A stretch of DNA of 34,687 bases from an uncultured Methanosarcinales archaeon (GTDB lineage Archaea; Nanobdellota; Nanobdellia; Woesearchaeales; CAXGTL01): positions 1 through 34,687 of the forward strand of contig CAZHVK010000014.1 of the NCBI GenBank assembly GCA_964535955.1, given 5' to 3'. Positions 18,406-27,834 of the stretch are shown in pieces. The notes beneath the pieces are model-generated. The model was not told the DNA's origin. It was given only the letters and a program-made list of their open reading frames with translations, and did no database searches. The translations under genes were made by a program, and so were the position numbers. The number at the start of each line of letters is the position of its first letter. Positions within the stretch are counted from its first letter, which is position 1.

Positions 18406-19038
18406 ATGGGATATGTTGAAGATATTAAAAAAATAAATAAGATGGCTAAAGAGCTTATTTCTCATGGTATGGCTAGTTCTTTTGATGAAGCTGTTCAAAA
18501 AGCAACAAAGATGATTGGTGAAGGTGCTAGTGTAACTCACAGCAGGGATTTTGAAGCAAATAAACCTGTACAACGACAGCAGCCAATGCCTAAACCAGAA
18601 GTTTATGAGCAAAAACAACAACCACAGCAGCCAATGCCTAAACAAGAACAAAAAGATCAAAGAACTGGAATGACATGGCAGCAGGCAATGGCTAAGAATA
18701 ATGAATATATTGTAAAGTTGTTAAAAGATTTTCAAAAACAGATTGAAGGTGTTCATTCTAAAATAGGAAGTTTTGAAAATAATATGCAAGAATTAGCTAG
18801 AAGACAGGCAAAGATGGGTGAAATGATGGTTTCTGCTCCAAAAGGTTCTGAAGAAATAAATATTGAAGATGATGAACCAGAGCAAAAACAAGAACCAAGA
18901 GGAATGCCTCAACAACAAGAACAAAAACAACAACCTCAGGCACAACAAGAAAAAAAAGAATCACATCCTAAGCAAGGTGGTTATAATCCTGAAGATGTAT
19001 CTGTTGATAAAATCTTTTATTTTGGGAATAAGAAATAA
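18406..19038 (+). CDS. Hypothetical protein, Gln/Glu/Pro-rich with central coiled coil
   Basis: AGGTG SD before ATG 18406; low-complexity QQP tracts; 20-bp exact internal repeat (18576-18595 / 18624-18643); compact C-terminal motif HPKQGGYNPEDVSVDKIFYFG. Confidence 0.75.
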   Translation: MGYVEDIKKINKMAKELISHGMASSFDEAVQKATKMIGEGASVTHSRDFEANKPVQRQQPMPKPEVYEQKQQPQQPMPKQEQKDQRTGMTWQQAMAKNNEYIVKLLKDFQKQIEGVHSKIGSFENNMQELARRQAKMGEMMVSAPKGSEEINIEDDEPEQKQEPRGMPQQQEQKQQPQAQQEKKESHPKQGGYNPEDVSVDKIFYFGNKK

Positions 19039-19147
19039 ACAATCTATCACACCAAAACCTTTATATATGCAGTGCCTCATAATTATATTATAATTAAATA
19101 ATTATATAAATAAATTATATGAAAAACAAACAAAAGAGGTGCATACA

Positions 19148-20446
19148 ATGTTAGATTATATTGATCTTAAATATAAACCAAATTCTAAAGACCTAGTTGC
19201 AGAATATTATGCAGAACCTGCAAGAGGAATGACATTAAAGAAAACTTGCCAGCACTTGGCAGGAGAATCATCTATAGGTACTTGGACAACTATTTCTTTA
19301 TTAAATAAAAAGATTGCAAAAAGATTAAAACCACATGTGTATTATATTAATCCATTGACAAAATTTGTTAAGATTGCTTATCCATATGAATTGTTTGAAG
19401 CAGGAAACATGCCACAAATCTGGTCAAGCATAGCAGGAAACATATTTGGAATGAAAGCTGTTAAAAATCTGAGATTAATGGATATACATTTTCCAAAGAT
19501 TATCATGAACAAGTTCAAAGGACCTAGGTATGGTGTTAAAGGAATTAGAAAATTATTAAAAATAAGAAAAAGGCCTTTGACAGGAACAATTGTTAAACCT
19601 AAAGTGGGTCTGACAGAAGCACAGCACGCAAAAGTTGCATATGAATCATGGCGCGGTGGTCTTGATGTTGTAAAAGATGATGAAAACCTGTCATCAATGA
19701 CTTTTAATAAATTCAGAAAAAGGGTTAAGTTAACATTAAAACTAAGAGACAAAGCAGAGCATGAGACAGGTGAAAAAAAAATGTATATGGCAAATGTGAC
19801 TGCTGAGACAGATGAGATGAAGAAAAGAGTTGACTATATAAAAAAACATGGTGGAGAATATTTTATGCTTGATATATTGACAATTGGTTGGTCTGGTGTG
19901 CAAACAATGAGAGATTATAATCAGAGAAAGAACATGGTAATACATGCGCATAGAGCAATGCATGGTGCTTTAACAAGAAATCCTAAACATGGAATCTCAA
20001 TGATGACAATTGCAAAATGTGCAAGATTGATCGGTGTTGATCAGTTACACATTGGAGCAATTGTTGGAAAAATGCAAGGTGGTGCAAAAGAAGTTCATAA
20101 TATTGGTGAAGAAATTGAAGAACAAATTATTGGTAAGAGGTCTGAATCAAATCATATGCTTGAACAACATTGGTTTGGTAAAAAGCCTGTGTTTGCTGTA
20201 TGCTCTGGTGGTGTATATCCAGGTGTCATCCCACCTTTGATAAAAATCATGGGCAATAATATTATTATACAAGCAGGTGGTGGTTGTCATGGACATCCAG
20301 ATGGTACTCGTGCTGGTGCAAAAGCAATAAGGCAGGCTGTTGACACTGCTATGCATGGAAAGACTCTTCATGAATGTTCTAAACAGTTTCCTGAGCTGAA
20401 GAAGGCTGTGAAATTATGGGGAGTGCCTAAGAAGAGGAAATATTAG
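19148..20446 (+). CDS. rbcL: RuBisCO large subunit, archaeal form III / III-like (probably nucleoside salvage)
   Basis: GAGGTG SD; catalytic motifs AGESSIGTW, GNIFG, GTIVKPKVGL, DVVKDDEN, HAHRAMH, DQLHIG..GKM, SGG, QAGGG all present. Confidence 0.95.
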   Translation: MLDYIDLKYKPNSKDLVAEYYAEPARGMTLKKTCQHLAGESSIGTWTTISLLNKKIAKRLKPHVYYINPLTKFVKIAYPYELFEAGNMPQIWSSIAGNIFGMKAVKNLRLMDIHFPKIIMNKFKGPRYGVKGIRKLLKIRKRPLTGTIVKPKVGLTEAQHAKVAYESWRGGLDVVKDDENLSSMTFNKFRKRVKLTLKLRDKAEHETGEKKMYMANVTAETDEMKKRVDYIKKHGGEYFMLDILTIGWSGVQTMRDYNQRKNMVIHAHRAMHGALTRNPKHGISMMTIAKCARLIGVDQLHIGAIVGKMQGGAKEVHNIGEEIEEQIIGKRSESNHMLEQHWFGKKPVFAVCSGGVYPGVIPPLIKIMGNNIIIQAGGGCHGHPDGTRAGAKAIRQAVDTAMHGKTLHECSKQFPELKKAVKLWGVPKKRKY

Positions 20447-20544
20447 GTTTCCCACCATCCTTTTTGTTTTCCCCCGACCACCCACCCCAGGTTAGGTAAG
20501 TAGTCTATTTTTTCTTATTTATTTTATTTTTATAAGAATTAATT

Positions 20545-20703
20545 TTATTCTTTTATAACATTACTGACATTGTTTTTTTCAAACTCTACAGGCAGTTCTA
20601 TCTTTTGTGTGCATTGTTGTTTAAGTTCCCAATGATACCAACATTTATTACCCTGAGTTTTCCAGATTATACAGTTTTCGCAGATTTGATTTGTTTTTGC
20701 CAT
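20545..20703 (-). CDS. Small Cys-rich (putative Zn-binding) protein, 52 aa, below the ORF-track cutoff
   Basis: Manual translation MAKTNQICENCIIWKTQGNKCWYHWELKQQCTQKIELPVEFEKNNVSNVIKE*; GGTGGG SD just upstream and TTTATATA box further upstream. Confidence 0.75.
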   Translation of the reverse strand: MAKTNQICENCIIWKTQGNKCWYHWELKQQCTQKIELPVEFEKNNVSNVIKE

Positions 20704-20786
20704 ACATCCCACCAATATATGTAATTTTTTAATTATATATAAATCTTACTAATGAATATAAAAGAAATAATTAAAAAAAATAAGAA

Positions 20787-21083
20787 TCAAAACCTTTTTG
20801 GTCTACGCTTTTGAAAACATTCTTTGCAATAAACAGGTCTTTCTCCTGATGGTTTGAATGGTACTTCACATTCTTGACCACATTCTGCACATGTTGCTTT
20901 ATGCATTTCTCTTGGCCCAGATCTAAAATTGTTTCTTGGTCTAAATCCACCACCTGAATGGCCTCCATATCCACCACTTCTTCTGTCAGAACCACCAAAT
21001 CTTTTTCCTTTAGATCTTCTAGAATCTCTTCTAGATCCTTTAAAATTTCTGTTTCTACCTTCCATATTCTTCTTTGCCCCCAT
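20787..21083 (-). CDS. CxxC-x17-CxxC domain protein with Arg/Gly-rich N-terminus
   Basis: REMHKATCAECGQECEVPFKPSGERPVYCKECF motif; start could be ATG 21065. Confidence 0.9.
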   Translation of the reverse strand: MGAKKNMEGRNRNFKGSRRDSRRSKGKRFGGSDRRSGGYGGHSGGGFRPRNNFRSGPREMHKATCAECGQECEVPFKPSGERPVYCKECFQKRRPKRF

Positions 21084-21188
21084 AGCTTTTGCCAGAGAAA
21101 TATTAACATGATAATAAAACTAAAATCCCTCTGATTAAGGTATATAACACTGTTTAAGTATATAAAGTATTTGTTTTTTATGTGGACT

Positions 21189-21599
21189 TTACTTATGATA
21201 AGGTTCATTATTCATAATTGTAAAAGCCCTATATATTTGTTCTATAAGAATCAGTAGTGTCATGTCATGCTGAAGTGTCATCTCTGATAAACCTAGTTTA
21301 AGGTCTGCTTGGTATAACATGTTTTCTGTAAAACCTTGAGCAGGACCAATTATGAATGATAGGTTTTTGTGTTCCATATTGAGTTTGTTGAGCAATGCTG
21401 AGAATATAGGTGTGTCACATGTTTTCCCGTGTTCATCTAGTATTATTCTGTATGTTTTTTCTGAATGTTTTAATGCTGTTTCTTCTGTTTTGCATTCTAG
21501 AATTTCTATTTTATTATACTTTGTTATTCTTTTAGCATATTCATTGATTAAATCTACATATTTTTTGTCTATTTTTCCTATTGTGAGTATTTTGAGCAT
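21189..21599 (-). CDS. rlmH: 23S rRNA (pseudouridine1915-N3)-methyltransferase RlmH family (SPOUT)
   Basis: I...GK, EY.KRI, LDE.GK, FIIG...G, LS.MTL.H....LIL.EQIYRA.TI....PYHK signature. Confidence 0.9.
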   Translation of the reverse strand: MLKILTIGKIDKKYVDLINEYAKRITKYNKIEILECKTEETALKHSEKTYRIILDEHGKTCDTPIFSALLNKLNMEHKNLSFIIGPAQGFTENMLYQADLKLGLSEMTLQHDMTLLILIEQIYRAFTIMNNEPYHK

Positions 21600-21667
21600 A
21601 TTTTTGTAGTGTGTTGAGTTGTTTATAAAGGTTAGTTTTTTATATACATCCTATTTAATTTACTATT
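21600..21667. promoter_or_regulatory. Compact divergent promoter region for rlmH and ABCE1 (probably leaderless transcripts)
   Basis: TTTATAAA (~21622-21629) about 23 nt before the rlmH ATG on the minus strand; TTTATATA (~21639-21646) about 21 nt before the ABCE1 ATG; neither gene has an SD. Confidence 0.55.
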
Positions 21668-23419
21668 ATGACTAGAATAGCAGTAATCAACAAACAAAAG
21701 TGCAACCCAACAAAGTGTGCAGAACTTTGTCTAAAAAAGTGTCCAGTAAACAGGATGGGTGAAAAATGCATAATCAAGATAGATCATAAAGCACAGATTG
21801 ATGAAACATTATGCAATGGATGTGGGATATGCCAAAACATATGTCCGTTTGAAGCTGTGCACATAATTAATCTGCCGCAAGCTTTGGAAAAAGATCCTAT
21901 CCACCAATTTGGTGAAAATGGATTTAGATTATTTAAATTACCAATACCAATATTTGGCAAAGTTGTGGGTATTTTAGGTAGAAATGGAATCGGTAAGACA
22001 ACTGCTGTAAAGATCTTGGCAGGAATCCTCTCACCTAACCTAGGGAATCTTGGTAAAGAAGGGACTTATAAAGACCTTATTGAATATTTCAAAGGAACAG
22101 AAGCTCAGTCTTATTTTGAAAAAGTAGAAGCAGGAAAAATAACAATAAGTTACAAACCGCAACAAGTTGACATGATACCTAAAACATACAAAGGCAAAGT
22201 TAAAACTTTATTAAAAAAAGTTGATGAAACAGGTAAGATGAATGAAATTATTGACAAACTTGATCTAAAAGATGTTCTTGATAATGATATTAAAAAGATT
22301 TCAGGCGGAGAATTGCAAAGAGTGGCAATTGCCGCAACTGTTCTAAAAAAAGCAAATCTTTATTTTTTTGATGAGCCTACATCTTACCTTGACATTAAAC
22401 AAAGAATTAAGGTTAGCAAATTTATTAGGTCTCTTGCAACTGATGATGTTGCTGTCATGGTCGTCGAACACGATCTTATCATTCTAGATTATCTAACAGA
22501 CCTTGTCCACTTAATGTATGGTAAAGAAACTTGTTATGGTATTTGTTCAATGCCAAAATCAACTCGAGCAGGGATCAATGTGTATCTTTCAGGATTTCTT
22601 AAAGAAGAAAATGTCAGGTTTAGGGATAAAGAAATAAAATTCACAAAACATGCTGATGAAAAAGTTAAGGGGAATTTAGAGTTGACTAAATGGACTGATG
22701 TGAAGAAAAAGCTTGGTAAATTTAATCTAGAAGCAAAGTCTGGAACAATAAACAGGCAAGAAGTTGTTGGGATTCTTGGTGAAAATGGAATAGGTAAGAC
22801 AAGTTTTGCAAAAATCCTTGCTGGTGTGATTGATGCTGATTCTGGTGAAATAGGTAGAAATATCAGGGTTAGTTATAAACCACAATACTTAGAAACAAAG
22901 TCTGATGAAATAGTGATGCAATTTTTAAAAGATGCTTTTGAAAAATTTGATGTGCAATTAGTAAAACCATTAAACCTTAAAACATTAGAATTCAAAAAAT
23001 TAAATGAATTAAGTGGAGGAGAATTGCAAAGAGTGAGTGTTGCACATTGTCTAAGCCAAGATGCAGATCTTTATTTACTAGATGAACCATCTGCTTACTT
23101 AGATGTTGAGCAAAGATTAATAATCTCTAAATTAATACAGGATTTTATGGAACAAAAAGCAACAACTGCTTTAATTGTTGACCATGATTTACTTTTCATC
23201 GATTACTTGTCACAAAGATTGATTGTGTTTGATGGCAAGCCTGCTGTGCATGGAACAGTTCATGGACCTTTTTTGATGCGGCAAGGCATGAACAATTTCC
23301 TTACTGAATTAAATCTAACTTTTAGAAGAGATCCTGAATCAGGAAGACCAAGAGCTAATAAACCAGACAGCATAAAAGATAGAGAACAGAAAGCACAGAA
23401 TAAGTATTATTATGGATAA
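21668..23419 (+). CDS. rli: Ribosome recycling ATPase ABCE1/RLI
   Basis: N-terminal 2x[4Fe-4S] Cys motifs (CNPTKC..LCLKKCP; CNGCGICQNICPF), two NBDs (GRNGIGKT, GENGIGKT; SGGELQR; DEP), C-terminal TFRRDPESGRPRANK. Confidence 0.97.
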   Translation: MTRIAVINKQKCNPTKCAELCLKKCPVNRMGEKCIIKIDHKAQIDETLCNGCGICQNICPFEAVHIINLPQALEKDPIHQFGENGFRLFKLPIPIFGKVVGILGRNGIGKTTAVKILAGILSPNLGNLGKEGTYKDLIEYFKGTEAQSYFEKVEAGKITISYKPQQVDMIPKTYKGKVKTLLKKVDETGKMNEIIDKLDLKDVLDNDIKKISGGELQRVAIAATVLKKANLYFFDEPTSYLDIKQRIKVSKFIRSLATDDVAVMVVEHDLIILDYLTDLVHLMYGKETCYGICSMPKSTRAGINVYLSGFLKEENVRFRDKEIKFTKHADEKVKGNLELTKWTDVKKKLGKFNLEAKSGTINRQEVVGILGENGIGKTSFAKILAGVIDADSGEIGRNIRVSYKPQYLETKSDEIVMQFLKDAFEKFDVQLVKPLNLKTLEFKKLNELSGGELQRVSVAHCLSQDADLYLLDEPSAYLDVEQRLIISKLIQDFMEQKATTALIVDHDLLFIDYLSQRLIVFDGKPAVHGTVHGPFLMRQGMNNFLTELNLTFRRDPESGRPRANKPDSIKDREQKAQNKYYYG

Positions 23420-23453
23420 ACTTTATATACCACTAAATTATTCTCATAATAAA

Positions 23454-24035
23454 ATGAAACCAGCACTCTTATTAATAGATTGTCAGAATGACTTCATAAA
23501 AAATAAATCAGATTATTCTTGTGAAATGTTAGACAGCCAATGTATTAGTAGAATTAAACAATTAATCGACTTTTGCAGACAAAAACAAATGCCAATCATA
23601 TTTACACAACATACAATCAAACCAGACAAATCAAATGAAGAGTTTGGTGAACCAAAAGAAGTTAGAGCTTGTATTGAGGGAACAGAAGGTTGGCAGATTA
23701 TTCATGAGCTTGGTAAAAAGGATGAAGATAAGGTTGTAAAGAAGGATAAATTTGATGCATTCTATAATACAGACTTACATGAAAAACTACAAAAACTTGG
23801 TGTTGACACATTAATCATATGCGGTTGTTACACAAATAATTGTGTTAGAGCAACTGCAGAAGGTGCGCATTATAGGAATTTTAGATTATTTATGGTTTCT
23901 GACTGCTGTGCATGTGTAAGTTTTGTTAAGGATTATGAAAATCAACAAGTCAATGATTTTACTTTAAAAGAATTAGCAGAAAGAATGTATGAAACACAAG
24001 TTATGAGTTTTGATGAATTGAAAAAAAGATTCTAA
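23454..24035 (+). CDS. Isochorismatase/nicotinamidase-family cysteine hydrolase
   Basis: ALLLIDCQNDF, K..FDAF and G..TN.CV catalytic D-K-C triad; TTTATATA ~25 nt before ATG 23454 favours this start over 23412. Confidence 0.9.
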   Translation: MKPALLLIDCQNDFIKNKSDYSCEMLDSQCISRIKQLIDFCRQKQMPIIFTQHTIKPDKSNEEFGEPKEVRACIEGTEGWQIIHELGKKDEDKVVKKDKFDAFYNTDLHEKLQKLGVDTLIICGCYTNNCVRATAEGAHYRNFRLFMVSDCCACVSFVKDYENQQVNDFTLKELAERMYETQVMSFDELKKRF

Positions 24036-24095
24036 CAAGTATTATTGTCTTAAATTACATAAAAATTTATAAATCTAGTTACATTACTTTGTCAT

Positions 24096-24482
24096 ATGCC
24101 TCCAACACTATTCCTTGAGAAACTAGTAAAAGAATATAAGAAAAATATAAAAAATGGTCCTCGTCTTGATAATTATATTCCAGATCCTATTTATCTTGGA
24201 ATGTTCTATGATAAACAAAATAATATAGATTATCAAGAGATTTCACAATATCTTAAAATATCAAAAGAATGGGAATCAGAATTAGTAAAGATAGCAATTG
24301 GATTTGAATTTGAAGAACAACAATTGCACAGGGTTCTTATTGGCCTGAACACACCTATTACTAAATGCAGTAAAGATGATTTATCATATAGAACAACAAC
24401 TTTAAAGAATTATGTGGATGATTGTCCAAAGTTTGGATTAAAACCTAATTTTAGATTATTTGATACAATTGTTAATATTTAA
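24096..24482 (+). CDS. Hypothetical protein (128 aa)
   Basis: ATG start ~22 nt after TTTATAAA; genome-typical codon usage; no motif recognised. Confidence 0.6.
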   Translation: MPPTLFLEKLVKEYKKNIKNGPRLDNYIPDPIYLGMFYDKQNNIDYQEISQYLKISKEWESELVKIAIGFEFEEQQLHRVLIGLNTPITKCSKDDLSYRTTTLKNYVDDCPKFGLKPNFRLFDTIVNI

Positions 24483-25846
24483 TCTGGTGTATACTTCTCA
24501 ACTTTTTCATCAATTCCATGCTTTTGTTTAAAATCTTTTAATAATAAAGAACCTTGGATCAATAGTGGAACATCTTTTTCAAAATCAGTTATTATTTCAT
24601 ATAATCCTGGAACATCTTTGAATATTTCTGTGTACAGATCTGATTCATTATCAAGATATTCTGTTCTTATCTCTTTAAAAGAAAAATCATCACCTGGTTC
24701 AAGCTTAAAACTATGTGCAAGATAATCAATAAACCCATCTCTATCCTGGTCATACATATAAATTGTCAATGTTGGAAATACATTTTTATAAAACAAATTC
24801 AAATAAAGAACTTCTTTTGCAATTCCTGCTGTCTTAACAATTTCATAACAATATTTTGTTCTTATGTTGCCAGATTGATTTGAAAAATAAAACTTAAAAC
24901 CTAGTTTTGATAATAGGTAATCTTGATGAACTTGTTGTGAAATTTCTTCTGGGATTTGTTCTTTTTGCTTTTTCTTAATAATTTCTTGTTTTTGTTTTAT
25001 TTCTTTTTTAATTTGTTGTTTTCTTTTTTCTTCTTTGTCTTCTATATTTTTCTCTTTCTCTTTTTGTTCTTTTTTTCTTTGTGATATGAATTCCCTGCGC
25101 AGATTATCTACTCTTTTCTGTAATTCTGGGTTTGGTTCAGTTTTTTGTTGATCTTGTTTATTTTCTTGTGCCTTTTGCACCAATCCTTCTTCCTCAACTT
25201 CTTCTTCAGTTACTCCAGTTATAATATAATCACTTAATAACATGTGTGACCAAACATCAAGGCCCATATCACTCACAAATCTTTCATCTTCAAACAGATT
25301 TTCATACACCATATCAATACCATAAGAAAAATCATCACTTAAACCCTTATTTTGTTGATCTTTTATCTTTTCATAAACAGTTCCATAAAATAATTCATCA
25401 AGATTTGTATAAATCCTTCTATCCATCTCAAGATCAAATAACTTTTTATCCTTTATATCATCTAAGAGTGTTCCTGGCATCATGCTACCTAAAAGTTCAT
25501 CTAAAGGAATTGCATGGTGTGTTGTTGGGATTGTGTAAGTTGTTTCTTCAACTAAAGACATTTCTGATATTTCTTTTGTTTGTGCTTGTTTTGTATTTGA
25601 TAATGTAATAACTGCATATCCTGGATCTTCAACAGGATGTTCATTATATCCTTGTTGGCTTATTTGTTCAATCCTTGGAGTGCCTGATCTTTTTTTCTGT
25701 ATTTGTTCTTTATCAGAACGACTACACTTTGCGAAAAAGCCAAGAGCAATAGCAAGTGTAAAGATTCCTGCTACTTTTAAAAATGTATTTCTAATATCTG
25801 TATTTAATTCTTCTATTACAGACTTGTTTTCTTTAGACTCCCCCAT
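24479..25846 (-). CDS. Hypothetical membrane-anchored protein with Lys/Glu/Gln coiled coil
   Basis: Long ORF; single N-terminal hydrophobic helix followed by Cys; charged coiled coil; DQDRDGFID loop; stop overlaps the convergent gene's stop at TTAA 24479-24482. Confidence 0.75.
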   Translation of the reverse strand: MGESKENKSVIEELNTDIRNTFLKVAGIFTLAIALGFFAKCSRSDKEQIQKKRSGTPRIEQISQQGYNEHPVEDPGYAVITLSNTKQAQTKEISEMSLVEETTYTIPTTHHAIPLDELLGSMMPGTLLDDIKDKKLFDLEMDRRIYTNLDELFYGTVYEKIKDQQNKGLSDDFSYGIDMVYENLFEDERFVSDMGLDVWSHMLLSDYIITGVTEEEVEEEGLVQKAQENKQDQQKTEPNPELQKRVDNLRREFISQRKKEQKEKEKNIEDKEEKRKQQIKKEIKQKQEIIKKKQKEQIPEEISQQVHQDYLLSKLGFKFYFSNQSGNIRTKYCYEIVKTAGIAKEVLYLNLFYKNVFPTLTIYMYDQDRDGFIDYLAHSFKLEPGDDFSFKEIRTEYLDNESDLYTEIFKDVPGLYEIITDFEKDVPLLIQGSLLLKDFKQKHGIDEKVEKYTPD

Positions 25847-26043
25847 AATATGAATATAAAGTATATACAATTTTATAAAGATTATTATACTGTATTACTA
25901 TATTGTTCTCTTGAATCTATATATAGTATGGAGTTCAGTAAAACTTAAATACCTTACTCTTTTCTTATATATAATTAGATAATTAGATATATTCATTTGA
26001 AATTTATTTGAAGTATTTATTTTGATAAAAATTGGTGATTAGA

Positions 26044-27834
26044 ATGTGTGGAATAATAGGTTATAAAGGAAGTAATCAATCAGACAACATAGCAAATAAT
26101 GTTGTTTTGAAAGGATTACAAAGTTTAGAATATAGAGGTTATGATTCTTGGGGTATTGCTAATATTTATGAAAATAATATAGAGTCTACTAAACAAATTG
26201 GAAAGATTGGACATATAAATCTTGAAGATCTTAATCTTAAACAAACTAATATTGCTGTTGGTCATACAAGATGGGCAACACATGGTAATGTTACAGAAAC
26301 AAATGCTCATCCTCATTTTTCATCTGATAAAAAGATTGCTGTTGTGCATAATGGAATAATTGAAAATTTTCAAGAAATAAGGGGGTCCTTAGATCAAAAA
26401 GGCTATAAGTTTATATCACAAACAGATACAGAAGTCATCCCAAAGTTAATTCATTATTTTCATTATAAAAAAAATATGTCTTTTAAAGAAGCAGTCAGAC
26501 AAACAGCATTAAAATTAGAAGGATATTATGCATTTGTTGCAATAAAACATGATAGTGATCAGATGATTGGTGCAAGAAACGGGTCGCCCCTTGTCTTAGG
26601 CATAGGTGATGGTGAAGGTAAGAATGAGTTTTATGCTGCATCTGATGTACCAGCATTTCTCAATCATACAAATAAAGCTGTGTATTTAGATGATAATGAA
26701 ATGTTTATCTTTGACAACCAATTAGAAATATTTAACATAGAGTCAAACAAGCCAGTAGAATATAACATAACTGATATTACATGGAATGCGCAACAGGCAC
26801 AAAAAGGTGAGTTCAAGCATTTTATGTTAAAAGAGATATCTGAACAAAAATTTACAATAAAAAAAGCAATTGAACAGCCAAAAGAATTAATAAATAAAGT
26901 GGTAGATATGATTAAAAACTCTGTAGGTGTTTTTTTTGTTGCATGTGGCACAAGTTATCATGCTGGTTTAGCAGGATCTTATCTTTTTTCATCGATTGCA
27001 AAAGAACATGCAAATATTGTTTTAGCATCTGAGTTTCCTAATCATCAAGATTTTATAACTAAGGATACATTGATGATTGCAATCAGCCAAAGTGGTGAGA
27101 CAGCTGATTTGCTGCAGGCTGTAAGAGTTGCAAAAAGAAAAGGTGTCAAGATAATCTCAATTGTTAATGTAATGGGGTCAACATTGATGAGATTAAGTGA
27201 TGTGTCGGTTCTGATGAATGCTGGGCCAGAGATCTGTGTTCTCAGCACAAAATCATATACATCACAAGTTGCAATCTTAACATTGCTTGCATACACACTT
27301 GCAGGAAAATATGAAGAAGGAAAAAAATATATTGAAGAAGCAAGTCATTATGTTGATGAAATCATTGATAATAATATTGAAGACATAGAAAATTTAGCCT
27401 ACCAATTGAAGGATTCAAAAGATATTTTTATTATTGGCAGAGATCTTGCATATCCAACTGCACTAGAGTGTGCATTAAAAGTTAAAGAAGTTAGTTATAT
27501 ACATGCAGAAGGTTTTGCAGGTGGAGAACTAAAGCATGGGACGATTGCACTTATTGAGGAAAAGGTTCCTGTCATTGTACTCAACACAGAAAAAACTAAA
27601 AAAGAGATCACTGGTAATGCAATGGAAGTCAAGTCTAGAGGTGCATATCTGATAGGCATTAATGACGAGCCAAACGATATCTATGATCATTATATTTATG
27701 TGCCAAGTGTTGGTGTGACTGATCCAATCCTTGACATTATCCCTGTGCAGTTGTTTGCTTATTACCTAGCAATTGCTCGTGGTTGTGATCCTGATAAACC
27801 TAGGAATCTGGCTAAGAGTGTGACTGTTAAGTGA
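26044..27834 (+). CDS. glmS: Glutamine-fructose-6-phosphate aminotransferase (isomerizing)
   Basis: MCGIIG N-terminus with GGTGA SD, LEYRGYDSWG, GHTRWATHG, SQSGETAD, ELKHG, PRNLAKSVTV. Confidence 0.98.
   Translation: MCGIIGYKGSNQSDNIANNVVLKGLQSLEYRGYDSWGIANIYENNIESTKQIGKIGHINLEDLNLKQTNIAVGHTRWATHGNVTETNAHPHFSSDKKIAVVHNGIIENFQEIRGSLDQKGYKFISQTDTEVIPKLIHYFHYKKNMSFKEAVRQTALKLEGYYAFVAIKHDSDQMIGARNGSPLVLGIGDGEGKNEFYAASDVPAFLNHTNKAVYLDDNEMFIFDNQLEIFNIESNKPVEYNITDITWNAQQAQKGEFKHFMLKEISEQKFTIKKAIEQPKELINKVVDMIKNSVGVFFVACGTSYHAGLAGSYLFSSIAKEHANIVLASEFPNHQDFITKDTLMIAISQSGETADLLQAVRVAKRKGVKIISIVNVMGSTLMRLSDVSVLMNAGPEICVLSTKSYTSQVAILTLLAYTLAGKYEEGKKYIEEASHYVDEIIDNNIEDIENLAYQLKDSKDIFIIGRDLAYPTALECALKVKEVSYIHAEGFAGGELKHGTIALIEEKVPVIVLNTEKTKKEITGNAMEVKSRGAYLIGINDEPNDIYDHYIYVPSVGVTDPILDIIPVQLFAYYLAIARGCDPDKPRNLAKSVTVK

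Noticed and set aside
20444..20503. TAG readthrough (pyrrolysine or recoding) extending RuBisCO
   Set aside because: RuBisCO is already full length, the extension is uninformative, and TAA, TGA and TAG all act as normal stops in this window.
25870..26043. glmS ribozyme upstream of glmS
   Set aside because: Region is extremely AT-rich with no recognisable ribozyme core or stems.
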